Shown here piece by piece: positions 14,090 to 26,934 of a stretch of DNA of 64,000 nt (its first letter is position 1; each line of letters begins with the position of its first letter). Source of the stretch: Eledone cirrhosa. Taxonomy: Eukaryota. The translations under genes were made by a program, and so were the position numbers. The notes below the pieces were generated by a model, which saw nothing but the letters and a program-made list of their open reading frames with translations, had not been told where the DNA came from and did not search any database. The stretch spans positions 4,464,001-4,528,000 of the forward strand of contig OZ024758.1 of assembly GCA_964016885.1 (NCBI GenBank). Direction: 5' to 3'.

Positions 14090-17000
14090 GATAGCAACTA
14101 ACAGTGCTGCGATCGAATGTGGCTTTTTAGCCCAGCCAATGATCCAAAATGTCTTGCACAGAGTCGGCAACCAAAACATTTACTGGGAATAGTCGGCTGT
14201 GGTTGGAGTTCGTGTACTTTTGCATGTCGCTTGAGTCCTCCTGCTGATTTACATTCTCTACCACATGTTTGGCAAGCATGATGAGTAGCATCTCCAACAG
14301 CAGCCTGGTAGTCAACCACTGGTCTTACTTTATGACTGCGAAGATGACTTTCGAGTCCAGCTTTGCTTAGGCAGAGTCTCGCACAGACGCTGCATGTCAG
14401 AAACATAGGAGGACCCTCGCCGTCTGGAAGTGCAACAGCAATACCCTTCCTCACGTCCCGCTTTACTTTCTCGTGTGCGATTCGAGATGCCTCAAAGGCA
14501 ACTTTTCCCTCATATACAGTCTTTCTCCATTTATTACGATCAGCAGCAATATTTTCCCATGTATCAGCAGAGATGTTAGCGTCTTTCAGAGAGGCCTTCA
14601 AGGAATCCTTATACCTCTTTTTTGGTTTATGTGGCGGTCGTTTTCCTTTAACCAACTCTCCATAGAAGAGTTGTTTTGGTATTCTAGAATCCTTCATCCT
14701 GGCAAGGTGACCACTCCAACGGAGTCGCTGCTTAAGCACAAGAGCTTCTATACTGTCACACATAGAGCTTTCCAAAATCTCGACATCACTGATGTGGTCC
14801 CTCCAGCGAACGCCATGTATCCGTCTGAGACACATCTGATGGAAACGCTCCAATTGCTTAAGGTGGCGTCGATATGTGACCCAGGTCTCGCAGGCATAAA
14901 GAAGACAAGAGAGTACACATGCCCTGTACACCCTTACCTTTGTCCTCCTGCATATGTCTCGCCGACCCCAGAGTCGCCTTTCTAGCTTTCCGAAAGCATC
15001 ACTTGCTTTCCTAATCCTAAGTGAGATTTCACTGTCAAGGTTGCCGTATCGATTGACAGTGCTTCCCAGGTAGACAAACTGATCAACCACTCCAAGTCGT
15101 TTGCCATACACATAGATGTTTGGTTCAGTGTACTGCCTACCAGGTGCAGGTTGGTACATGACGACGGTTTTCTTGAGACTGACAGTCAAACCCAGGGCAG
15201 TGCAAGCGTCAGAAAATACATTCAAAATGTGCTGCATATCACTCTCTGTGTGCGCTACAAGATCGCAATCATCTGCATACAAGAGGTCTCTTATGACTGA
15301 TGTAAATACTTTTGTCTTCGCAGCAAAGCGCCTGATGTTAAATATGCTGCCTGAGGTTCGATATCGGATGTAAACACCATGCTCGCAATTCCTGAATGCA
15401 ATACAGAAAACCATTGCAAAGTATATGGCAAACAGGGTCGGTGCTGGAATATCCCCCTGTTTCACTCCATTTTTTACTGAGATAGGCTCCGACATGTTAC
15501 CTCCGACATTAACCCAAGCCTTCATGTCGTCATGGAAAGACCTAACTAAAGCAAGGAACTTATCAGGGCAACCAAGTTTCTGGAGAACCTTCCATAATGC
15601 ATCTCTGTTGACAGTATCGAAAGCCTTTGTCAGATCGACAAAAACCTGATACAGATCCAAGCCCTGTTCAATGCACTTCTCCTGGAGCTGTCTAGCTGAG
15701 AAGATCATATCAGTAGTGCCGCGTCCAACACGAAAACCAGATTGACTTTCAGGAAGGACACAATCTGCAATGTGTGTCAGCAGACGGTCCAGAAGCACCC
15801 TACATAAAACTTTCCCCACGACAGAAAGCAATGATATACCTCTGTAGTTCCCACAATCATTCCTGTTACCCTTTCCCTTGTACAAGACCACCATTACTGC
15901 ATCTCTCCAGTCCTCAGGCACGGATTCATTGGCCCATATCCTTCCAAACAGAGAGTGAAGATGTTGCAGGAGTCTCTCACCACCATATTGTAGGAGCTCA
16001 GCATGTATGCCATCCATACCTGGAGATCTTCCACTGTTCAGCTTCGAAATAGCCACTGCAACCTCCACAAGTGTCGGAGGCTCTGCGAGAGCTACTTTCA
16101 CAGGACTTTCCGGAATGAGATTGAGGAAATCTTCACTGACGACAGACGGCTGATTCAAAAGATCATCAAAGTGCTCCCGCCACCTTCGTAGAATTCCCTG
16201 TGAGTCACGAAGAAGTTCTTTGCCATCCTTGCTGCGAATCGGTGTCACCAGAGAAGAAGACGGTCCATAAACCTCACGCAAGAGACTGTACAACAGCTTT
16301 GTGTTATTGCAATCAGACGCAGTTTGTATCTCACCAGCCTTCTCACTCCACCACTGATCCTTCATCTGAGAAAGACTCCGCCTAACACGTGATTTTACAT
16401 CCCTGAGCTCCTCCTGCAACGTATTCCTCTCCTGTGGTCTTGCCGTCAAGTAGCGTGACAGAGCGCGCCTCTTATCAGCCAACAAGTCATCTATATGCAC
16501 ATCTTTCTCATTAAACCAGTCCTGATGTTTTCTCTGCACCAATCCCAGAACACGTCTGCCTACATCATAAACCGACTTTTTAAGGGTCGGCCAATCCTCA
16601 CCAAGATCTGCAGCCTGCATCTCTTCTTCCAATGTCCTCTTCACATTTTTATCCTTAAGACGAGCAGCATTCAATCTTTTGGGCAGGGTAACACCAGGAG
16701 CCCGGATTTTACGTTTGGTGATTAGATTCACTTTTGCGCGTACCAGGCGGTGGTCCGTCCAGCACTCAGCTCCACGAAGAACACGAACACACCGCACATC
16801 CTGTCTGTCACGCATCCTGACTAGGACGTAGTCCAAAAGATGCCATTCCTTAGATGCAGGATGCATCCATGTGGTCTTGAATTTGTTCTTTTGTTGGAAC
16901 ATGGTGTTGGTAACACACAGATCCAGCTCCTCACACATCTGCAGCAAGAGCATACCATTGCTGTTACACTTTCCCACCCCATGCCTTCCGATTACATTCC

Positions 17001-17116
17001 ATGTGTTAAAATCCCTACCCACTCTAGCATTAAAGTCACCAAGCACGATGACTTTGTCTGCCTGAGGGATATTTCTTAAAACACCTTTCAAGGCATGGTA
17101 AAAGGACAGTTTTTCT
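13816..17116 (-). mobile_element. RTE-clade non-LTR retrotransposon, 5'-truncated, with an uninterrupted ORF
   Basis: Single APE-RT ORF. The 3' UTR has microsatellites and a terminal stem-loop ATGGCCATACTCG-ATAA-CGAG..GCCATCAT. Both ends abut (TA/TG)n. Confidence 0.93.
14098..17116 (-). CDS. RTE LINE ORF: C-terminal half of APE, reverse transcriptase and 3 C2H2 zinc fingers (~1000 codons, no true start codon)
   Basis: APE motifs LGDFNARVG, TWMHP, LLDYVL, WTDHRLV. RT motifs YRGISLL, QSGFR, FVDLTKAFDTV, GVKQGD, LLYADD, FVYLGS. Fingers CSVC..HLRSH, CQTC..HAKVH, CRLC..HIRSQH. The N-terminal MYIYI.. of the track ORF is microsatellite. Confidence 0.92.
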
Positions 17117-17148
17117 ACATATACACACACATATATATATACATATAT

Positions 17149-17179
<31 letters not shown>

Positions 17180-17258
17180 CATGTATACACACACACAGAC
17201 ACTAACATATATACATAAACATACATATACACACACACACATATATATATACATCTAT

Positions 17259-17289
<31 letters not shown>

Positions 17290-18994
17290 CATCTATACAC
17301 ACACATATATATATATATACATCTATACACACACACACATATATATACATACATACACATCTTTACACACATATATGTGTACACTTGTTTAAACAGACAG
17401 AGATATGTCAATAGACCAGATGTGTTAATGCCAAAGATGATTATCTATGAGTTAGATCGTCTGTGAAGGGAAGACTCTCTTGTAAATCAGTCTGTCAATT
17501 CGTTGAATATGTATCCATGGCGTGTTGTTAAAATATAGATGCTGCCATTTATTCCTTGTACGATTGTCAGTGTTCTTTGATCCTATCACTTATATTACTG
17601 GTCGTTTCTAACTACGAATAGAAATAAAAAACAGAAATTCAAATTAAGATATGAGCTAGACATTACAGGTTTTGTGTCTAAGAATTTTTACAGAGAATCC
17701 GCTGTTGCTTAAGAAAATGTCTTACTCACCAGATCACCACATTATATCCAGCAAGAAAATATCCAAACGTAGGACTGGCGTGCGGTTCTCGCCACAGTTC
17801 GCGCTCAGTTGATCCTAACGTGGGTAAAAAAATTCCCAGCACCTTTGGATTGAAATGATCATGTAGGCTATAAACATTGTTAGATATTTAACCACCATAC
17901 AGTGAAATTCGGCTACATTTGTTGTAGAAATCTCCCGTCACTAATAAACAGAAGAACCCTCCACATTCCGGATGGTCATTGTTTTAATACGAAGGGGTAT
18001 ATTTTGTGGGAGACTTGATTTTATAACAGGTGAAATTGTCCTTTAGTCATGCTTTCGTTTGTTCGTGGTCTCTACATTTGGGGGGGGGGGTAGTGTTGCT
18101 ATTACAATTGTTGTTTCGATCGTATATAATAACTTGGAGATTATATTGATATTAAAGTATGACGTATTTCTTTTAATGATGTTCCTAAGAACTCATTCGT
18201 TTAATTCTATGATGGTATGCATTGGAGTTTTGCAATATACTGTTTATCGGATTTTGGTGTGCACAAATTGTATTATTTGAGTCTGTGCGTAAACAGTCTG
18301 CTCACGCAATCTACTGTTCTATTACATTATCTATTACTGGTTACTGACAAACAGTTGCTTAATTCTAGAAATTGATTCATGGTGTAGATTAACGATGACG
18401 TATAATGAGCACGGAATATTTTCTTTTTTTCTTAAATGACACTCACTATTTTAAAATTCAAATCATGCAGTGAGTGGATGTGAACATAGGAACAGTTAAC
18501 ATTGATATTATCACAGTATTCTTGCGCATTTTCTCGCGATTTATGAAACTATTTTACTTTAAATGTATCTCAGAACTTTTGCGTTTCACGTCAAGTGTGT
18601 ACAATGTCTATGGGAAAACATTTCGTCAAAACATTCTGGAAAAATTATATCATACAAGAAATATAAATTATTAATCATTAAATGTTAATCATAATTGTCT
18701 CATTAGGTTTGGAAAATATTGTGTTCGAATGTAATTAAGCAAGGCCATTCGATGGGAAGCAATCTGTCTCAATCAGCAACAGGCTTGTAAATTTTGATGT
18801 ATATTGAGGGATTTGAATAACGTGTGGCAGGTAATGTTCAGAATTTATTACATGGTGATAATGAGACTTTTTCACATAGAAATGAATGGAAATCACAATT
18901 GTTTTATTCAGATAGTGTGTAATATATCCCTGCACAAACGATTAAACAGAAAATATCTAGAAAGACTTTCATAAAAAATGCTAGTTTCTTTTTT

Positions 18995-19345
18995 TTTTTT
19001 AGACTTTTTAGAGACCTTAGAATCCTGGCTGATCTTTGCAAGGCTGTTTTATTCAACAATCCCGTTTTGATTGTAATTCCTAGCTTCTCAAGCCATGCAT
19101 CCAACCTTCTACTAACTCCTCCCAGTGCGCCAACCACAATCGGTATCATTTGTATGTGTCTGATTCTCCATAGTTTCGGGATATCCCTCTTCAGCTCCTG
19201 GTATTTCTCATCTTTCTTACTTTCCTTCTTTACCTTATGATCCCTCCATGAATCTATATCAACAATAATTGCCTTGTTATTCTCTTTTCTTCGACACCAA
19301 AGTCAAGTTTTCTAGCCATGATAAGATGGTCGCACTGAATGTTCA
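18995..19345 (-). mobile_element. Dong/R4-clade non-LTR 3' fragment (restriction-like endonuclease), degenerate
   Basis: IPIVVGALG...LLNKTALQRSARILR. The upstream frame has KYQELKRDI..LW. Confidence 0.75.
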
Positions 19346-20069
19346 TGCTCCTCAAGATTAAAAATCGTTCATTTTCTGAAACCCTTTTCCGGCTGGCTGG
19401 TGCTCATATAATTTCTCACTTCTGCTCATGTCATTCTTATGTTGTCGTGCATTCTCTTCTAGTCTTTCCGTGTCAGTATCATATATTCACTAATAAACTT
19501 TTTCAGATTTCACCTGAATAAGAAAATCAGGGTGGAGAAGGAAGTGCTGCCTTCCAACCAGTTTATTGAAAGGTGGGTGGGAGTGGTAAGCATGGTCTGT
19601 ATGAATGGGCCTGCCTTGAGCATATACCTGTAGATTGGAGTAGAAAGACTGGGAGAGGGCACTTTGCCTTAGATGACAGGTTGACTATGGATTTTGTGGG
19701 ATTTCTACACGAGTGACCTATAGTCTCCTCAACTTTGGGGGAATTTGTTATGTTTGTTTTAAATATTTATTTTCTGAGTCTCTTTTATAAATTTTATTTT
19801 AAACACAAAAAAAAAACCGACACTGTATCATGTTTTATTGGCTTTAACGTTTCCTTAATGTGGCCGGCAGCCGAAACGATGGCTTGACAATGTCATTTTA
19901 TGAGCTGGAATTGAACTCTGCTGATCGAACATTGCGGAGAGAGATATCACATGTTAATGCGCAGTCTGCAACTGGCGGTGATTAGCTTCACAAGAAAAAT
20001 GTGATCCCCGTGTGGCTAATAAAGAAATCAGTATTAATTATTATTATTATTATTATCATTATTATTATT

Positions 20070-20570
20070 GTTGTTCTTTGAGTCTCAGTCATTGATGTTA
20101 TTTAAATGGAAAGTTTGTTGAAATGAATATCAAGCCACTACCTGCAGCCTCAGATATTCAGGACGTATCGGAGGGTTCTTGCTGTTCCCAGCAAGCATGG
20201 CTTTTGAAGTGTTCCAAAAAGCGGGGCTGGACTAATCTTTAACCATCCTTGGAAACTCTTTGAGATAGTAACTAGTGCTCCTATGACAATCGGGACGACC
20301 TTGATTTCAAGGCAGTTCCAAATCCTTTTTACCTCCCACTTTAAATCCAGGTATCGGTTAATTTTCTGCCTCTCCTGTTCTTGCACTCTCGTGTCAAATG
20401 GGCAGGCTACATCTACAATCAGGCACGATCTTTTTTCCTTGTCCAAAACCACCAGGTCAGGCCTATTGTGTTCTAATTTTATGTCCGTCTGTATCCTAAA
20501 ATCCCATAGTACCTTCATCTGATCGTTTTCTATCACCGACTCTGGCTTATGCTCATACCACTTCTCAAAA
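20070..20570 (-). mobile_element. Dong/R4-clade non-LTR 3' fragment inserted in (TAA)n-type repeats
   Basis: KWYEHKPESVIEN..KVLWDFRIQTD..HNRPDLVVLDK..IVDVACPFD..KINRYLDLK..VVPIVIGAL..LQKPCLLGTARTLR. ATT/ATC repeats lie at both junctions. Confidence 0.88.
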
Positions 20571-21895
20571 ATTATCATTATCATTATTATCGTTATCGTT
20601 ATTATCATTATCATGATCATCATTATCATTATTGTTGGTGTTGCTAGTTTTGTTTTTTGTGTTTATAATATCCCCTATCGTGTGACCCCCAATGTATTAT
20701 CATTAATATTATTCCGAACATTAATATATTTTTTTCTAATTAATCACTAGATTAAATATTCAATCTGCCATAATCTGAAATCATTCTTGTGTAGATGTCA
20801 CAGAAAATAATATATTTCTGCGTTTATCCTTGAATCTAATATATTTTTTGTTTTCCTATTATAAATTCGGTTTATAAACAATATAATTGTTTTCTACATC
20901 TTATTCTGATAATCAGCTAATTAGCTTAACGTTATTGAATACTTTTTTTTTTCCTTAATTTTTGCTATTATCGTTTTCATTTACCATTTTTATGTAAACA
21001 ACATAATTACACGAACGAAGAATTTTTGAAAATTTTATTTTTATTGGTATTCTTATAAAATTCTAATAAATATTATTTATTTGTTATATTTCTTTATATT
21101 ATATTTTAATCTAATGTCTCACTGTTCCATTGTTTAGAATAATTGCACATTAGTAAACATATGTGGAATGGAATCGGGGAGGTTTCAGCGTTTTTTTTTT
21201 TTTAATATGTTACAACTGATTAAAATTCAGCGACTTGGCGCAAAAAACATTAGGGCACCTGAGTAAATCAATACTTTATAATTATTTAATTATCCTAATG
21301 TAGAGTTTTATAACCCGTCTATAATAATCTTGTTATATTTCTTTACTTTTCATCGATCAGAAAAATACATATGAAATGAATCAATTTAATCTAAGATAGT
21401 AACACGTTGGTAAAATTTGACTTGTAATTAATCAAGAGATCAAAATATTTGCTATCATATGTGGGACATAATCAGACCATATTTGTAGCATTAAACATGA
21501 TTTTTAGTTGTCAAAATGATAGAGAAGGTCAAACAATGAGTCGACCAAATGTTTTGCGAGCTGGAATGGCTTCTCCTTCACCATCTTCCGGAGAAAACAT
21601 CTTCTCCATTCTGCCTGCCTGGGTCGCATGGCAGTCAGCGCGTGGACCCAGATGTTTTACTATAAAAACAATAAGTGGTTTACCTAAAGCACTGTTGCAG
21701 TGGTAAACGCTAAAAGAATTGCAAACAATTCCTGGACGAAGCCATTTGATCATTCCGAACTGTAGATCATTTCTTGACCCCTAATAAATAAATGGGAAGG
21801 AATTTTTCTCACCCACCGTAAACACTTTAGACTCATATCCACCAGCACAAAAAATTTAAGAGGATGTTACCTACTCTCTGTCTGAGAAGAGTATA

Positions 21896-22071
21896 CCGTA
21901 TTTCCCGGCGTTGAAGACGCTACTTTTTTCCTAAAATAAGTCTGAAAAATCTACCGTGCGTCCTAGAGGTCGAAGGTTGTTTATTATTATTTTTTTTATT
22001 TTTTTATTTTGGGTTGTCAAAATTAGGGTGCGTCCTCGAGGATGAAGCGTCTTCGGCGCCGGAAAATACGG
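21896..22071. mobile_element. Tc1/mariner-superfamily (pogo/Tigger-like) MITE, 176 bp
   Basis: TIRs CCGTATTTCCCGGCGTTGAAGACGC / GCGTCTTCGGCGCCGGAAAATACGG, with a TA TSD on both sides. Confidence 0.88.
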
Positions 22072-22589
22072 TACTTTCCAGCACTGCCACTGTTTATAAA
22101 AGAAAGTAAAAATTATGTAATTGATCGTGTGATGTGACTAATCGCTAAATATTGTTATTTTCTGATAGAGCTACTAGTAAGTTGGGTGTCGTATTTTTTC
22201 ATTACTTTTGGATTGTTCTTGTCCTAATAAATTATATTTGAAAGTTTTCAGTATGTATCGTAATGTGTTAATTATTTTAATTTGGTATCGTCAAATGTCT
22301 TTTTTTTTTTTTACTCTGAGATTTAATTCGAAAATCCTTTCATTCATTCATTCGATCTGATGGCTACGTTTAAACCAATATTGACTAATACATGATGCAA
22401 GATGAAATCACATTATATAAATATCATTCACATCATTAACACTCCCTCAATGGCAATACTTCTTTGATTTTTGTAGAATTAGAGAAAGAGATATAGAGAG
22501 AAAGATTTAGAGTAATGTTGAAGTAGAAGGTATACCTTACAGATTATTCTATACGATTTAAATTAAATATTTGCTGAGACCGGGTGTTT

Positions 22590-22930
22590 GTTTGGCAGAA
22601 TCATTAGAATATCAGCGTCGAAGACCATATTGTGTGTCATATAGTTATGTACATTTATGTTCTGACTTCAAATCCCACTGAAGGTTGTTTTGCTTTTCAT
22701 CATTACGGAGTCGATGAAATAAGGTACCAGTAATGCACTAGGGAGCTATTAAATCGACTTTATATTCAACGAAAATTGTTGGACTTATGTCTGAATCAGA
22801 AACCGCTATGTATTCTGGCCGTTTACGTTTTGAGTTCAAATCCTGCCGAGGTCATATTTCCCATTCATCCATTCAGAATCGATACAATTATGTACCAAAC
22901 AAGTACTGAAATTAATTTAATCAACAATCT
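22590..22930 (+). mobile_element. Two old S1-related SINE copies in tandem
   Basis: TTGGCAGAATCATTAG, TTCAAATCCCAC, GTTCAAATCCTGCCGAGGTC and GTACCA. Confidence 0.6.
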
Positions 22931-23184
22931 CCTTCCTGAAATTCCTGTCCATAAGGATGAATTAGATATCATTAATGATTTCATGACAATGACTTTTACT
23001 TTCAATTTTTCTTCTCCCACTTAATTTTGAGTCGTGAAAAACTCTTAATGTGTCCTGTCTGAAGCAACCGTCTCAAAGTTCTTTTGTAGCTACACCAGTG
23101 TTCATTCTCACCAGCAGAGTTCAGTAGTATTCAAATCTGAAGAGAGGCTTACTGCAGTAAGTCTTTACACTTAGCATATAAACT

Positions 23185-23410
23185 TAGGAAGGGTTCATCT
23201 TTTCGAAGTAGATAAAATAGTACCAGACTAGTACTGATGTCGACCTTTACTCTATATCTTTCTCACTTCTTATTTTCTGAGGAAACCTGCTCTACACGGG
23301 TCTGGGGGGGGGGGGTTGACACTGGCAGGCTTAACAAAATGCCCAACAAACGCTGTATGCCAATACGGTGCCCCTACGACTCCATTAGGAGTCACGGGAC
23401 CATAACATAT
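23185..23410 (+). mobile_element. S1-core SINE with an alternative 3' tail (family S1b)
   Basis: The tail ..AGGAGTCACGGGACCATA matches 27190-27210. Confidence 0.55.
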
Positions 23411-24019
23411 ATTTCATTCCTGTTTGAAACTTCTATCTGTGTTATTGCGAGACACATTTGATTTGACTTATTCACATTATAATCACTTAACACGTACATA
23501 AATATCATTGAATTAATTAATTTATTTTAATAAATTCCTATGGCTCTATGAGATAAGCTGAAAAGTCAAGTGACTCGTTTAAAGAAAAATAAACAATTGT
23601 TCATTCTTCTGTTAAAGAGTTTAAGTAAGTAAATAAATTTGAAATATGTTTTTTGTGATTTGAGTACATCAAAAGACCTCTCCGTAAAGTTATTTCAGTT
23701 AAGCCAATTCATAATGACTGCACAATATACACTTTGCCAAAATCTGTATTGGCATTTAAGTGCAAATAAATGTTATCTAGTACACCCACTATAATTATTT
23801 TATTTCTTTTATTACAATTACAATTACTATGTGACGGTGTCGGCGGCTGGTTCTTTATCTTGTTCATGACATTCTGTTGTTTTTATTTTTTTTTTTATTG
23901 GTTATTGAACATATAACTAGTAATTGTTTTGATCGTTATTTCATCAAGTTCTCTTCCATTACTTCTTACAACAATTCTTTTCCTTTACTTTTCTTTTTTT
24001 AATATTCTCATTCCTCAAT

Positions 24020-24171
24020 GATGTGCAGCATAGAGTTACGGCGCTTTACGGTCCGAGTTCAAATATCGCCGCGGTTAACCTTGCCTTTCATCCTTACGGC
24101 GTCGATAAAATAAAGTACCAGTAATGTACTGGAATAATTGCTGGCCTTGTGCCAAAAGCAGAAACAATTAT
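24020..24171 (+). mobile_element. SINE S1, 5'-truncated
   Basis: GTTCAAATATCGCCGCGGTTAACC...GAAACAATTAT. Confidence 0.85.
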
Positions 24172-24579
24172 TCTCATTCATCTCTTTCTACTTCCTCTTC
24201 TACTGTCTCTCCTGTACTTCCTCCTCTTTATCGTCTTCCTATTCTTCTTCGTTTACTCCTTCTCTCCCCCTCCCTTCTTCAATCGCATATTCCTGGAAAG
24301 GTCGAGGGGACATGATCCTCAAGCCTTCCTTCCAGTGGGCCTTGTCAGCAGCAACCATTTCTAATTAATCCAACTGGATCTCCAAGTGAGACTAACCAAT
24401 CTCAGGAATATCTGGCTAGCATTCTTATTCGTGAATGATATGCAAATATTGCTATTTTTCTTCTTCATCTTTATAATCATCACCATCATTCTCGTCACAT
24501 TTATCTTATAAACAAAGCCTTTATCCCATATCGACCCTAATCCTTTCTATCAATTCTAGTCTCCCCATATTTACATTTT

Positions 24580-24768
24580 ATAATTGTTTCTACTTTTGGC
24601 ACAAGGCCAGCAATTACCCAGTGTATTACTGGTACTTTATTTTATCGACCCCGTAAGGATGAAAGGCAAAGTTAACCTCGGTGGGATTTGAACTCAGAGC
24701 GTAAAGGGACGTAACTATGCTTCAAAGCATGGTGTCCGACGCTCTACTGATACTGCCAATCCACCGTC
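24580..24768 (-). mobile_element. SINE S1, full length, TSD-like TTATAAT
   Basis: Near-consensus copy with TTATAAT on both flanks. Confidence 0.9.
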
Positions 24769-25019
24769 TTATAATGAAATGTTATAACACTCTCTTATAT
24801 TTCCATGGATAGAAATCCTATTCTGATTTACTCAAGTTACCGGTTGTTCTGCTTAGTCTCTCCCTCTCTCTCTCTCTACCGAAGTATATAATAAAGTTAT
24901 ATCTGGAAATACACAGAAAAGGGTTAACCTAGACTGCACCAATTTCCTCTGAAACAGATTATTTAATGCAGATATATATTTTGTAGAAATATATTTTCAA
25001 AATAAAATTGGTTAGAAAA

Positions 25020-25284
25020 TTTCGAAAGGAGGTTTATAAGAATGAATTTTCATAAGATTGTCGTAGCTGTCTCTGTGGCCTAGTGGTAGGTACTAGAGAC
25101 AGTGGAGATCCTGGCCTTGGTTTCAATCGTGGTCAAGAGGAAAATTGTTCCCTTTTTCAGTTTACAACGCGACCAGAATCGAACTTCAGACCAGGATCAC
25201 CACCGTTTATGATTCCTCCAACTAGGCCACCGAGACATCTACAAAAGTATAATGAAAATTGATAATTATAAACCTACTTTCAAA
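25020..25284. repeat. Imperfect inverted repeat carrying two convergent tRNA-like heads
   Basis: Arms ~25020-25134 and ~25171-25284. A box TGGCCTAGT(T)GG occurs in both arms; B box GTTCGATTC is on the minus arm. Confidence 0.7.
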
Positions 25285-25969
25285 AACAAAGTTAAAAAGA
25301 TGTGGTGTCATTCATGGATTTCCTAGAACTATTAGTAATATTTAGGGTCGACTTCTGGTCATTATTGAAAGTCTCTGGATTTCGCAAAACAGATCATTTT
25401 TTTATTGGCGAAGGTAAGATATTTTTCCGCAAATAATTTGATTGCACTGTTTTGTTTCCACTTATGTATTTTTTGAAAATGTTATTTATTCATTATACAA
25501 ATTAAATGATAGTATTCTGCATGTAGGTGGGCCCCCTTCATCTCCTGGCAACTAATATTTTTAGACCCAGTGCGCCACTTATTATATATATGAATATATA
25601 GACGTGGGAGGGACACTAGACTATCTGTAAGTGTGTATTATATATATATATATACACATATAGACACGTTATGCCTATATTATATATACATATATATATA
25701 CACATATAGACAGGTTATGCCTATATTATATATACATATATAGACGATACAGGGACACTAGCCTATCTGTATGTGTGTATTATATATATAAATATATAGA
25801 CGAGAGAGACACTAAGCTGTGCGTATGTGTGCATTATATATATATATATATATATATATAGACGAGGGAGGGACCGACTATCTGTATGTGTGTGTGTTTT
25901 GTTTCAGTGTTAGAAGGTGGGTGTTGAAAGTGTTTTGAAGGTGTTTGTATACTCCGGTATATTTCAATT

Positions 25970-26396
25970 TGTAATGGCTGCTTTATAAATGAAATAACAA
26001 CTACCGAATATATAGCGTTATATTTATTTGTAAATATCCGTGTATAAATTTAAAGAGTGTTAATTCTTTCTTTATATTTTCTTCTCGCCCTCACGGACTT
26101 TGTTTCACTCACATGATTGGGCCCTTTTCTCGTTAAATAACTCGCCGACAACTTACTGGCAACCTTACTGGCGACAAACCATAGAACATTCCAGAACGCT
26201 AAAATATTTCTGACATAGCTATTATTTTAATTACTTTCGTTTGTAAATAACTTCGTGTTAGACTGGAAGTCTTTTATTATGCCTTCTTAAACAAGTGCTA
26301 TTTTAGAATGGCTTAATATACCTATACACCTAAATATATATACCTATATATTTATGTATTTAAAGTGTAAACAGAAATAACGACACAATCGTTACA
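25970..26396 (-). mobile_element. Candidate solo LTR (~427 bp)
   Basis: Inverted termini TGTAATG...CGTTACA and a minus-strand AATAAA near 26022. No clear TSD. Confidence 0.4.
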
Positions 26397-26721
26397 GTAC
26401 ATGGAAGGAATATATTAGGTTAACGCTTGAAATAGCAGGAACATATATACACACATACATACATACAAAAACGTGTACATATATACATATGTACATTTCT
26501 TTCTGTAGCTATAAGCTTACATACTAAGATGTCTGAATACAGCAGGTTTCTTCGAGAGAAGGACGGAGGGTGTGAAAATGGAGGTGAGAAACAATGTAGC
26601 GGAAGAATCGACCGCAGTACTAGACTGGTACTATTTTATCGTTCTCGAATGGATGAATTTTATATCAGTGAAGAATAGTAGATTCAGGAGATTGCTTTTC
26701 AATATAATTGTGTCACGAACT

Positions 26722-26925
26722 TACGTGGGTTGGCTGAAACTTTCATAGGTTGATTGTGAAGGGATGATGATAGAGCTGTGAAATCTTGCATGCATTAATT
26801 ACAACTTATTAATAACTGCACTGTTTCTATCCTTGGACTATGTTGAAAAATAAACCACATTTGGTGTATACATGAGACTATCTTGGTCGGCTTATGAAGG
26901 AGTGATGCTAGAGCAGTGAAATCTT
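26722..26925. mobile_element. Mariner-type non-autonomous remnant
   Basis: The start TACGTGGGTTGGCTGAAACTTTC resembles the mariner TIRs at 55238 and 59329. Confidence 0.4.
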
Positions 26926-26934
26926 GCTTTATGG

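Noticed and set aside
14363-17079. Plus-strand ORFs overlapping the RTE ORF
   Set aside because: They are antisense shadows of a GC-richer coding sequence.
17117-17292. N-terminal ~60 aa and ATG of the 1064-aa ORF
   Set aside because: This is flanking microsatellite read in frame with the truncated LINE. The true APE N-terminus is missing.
23137-23170. CTGAAGA followed by the hairpin GAGGCTTAC-TGCA-GTAAGTCTT
   Set aside because: There is no GAAA box or stems I/III after the hairpin, so it is not called a hammerhead.
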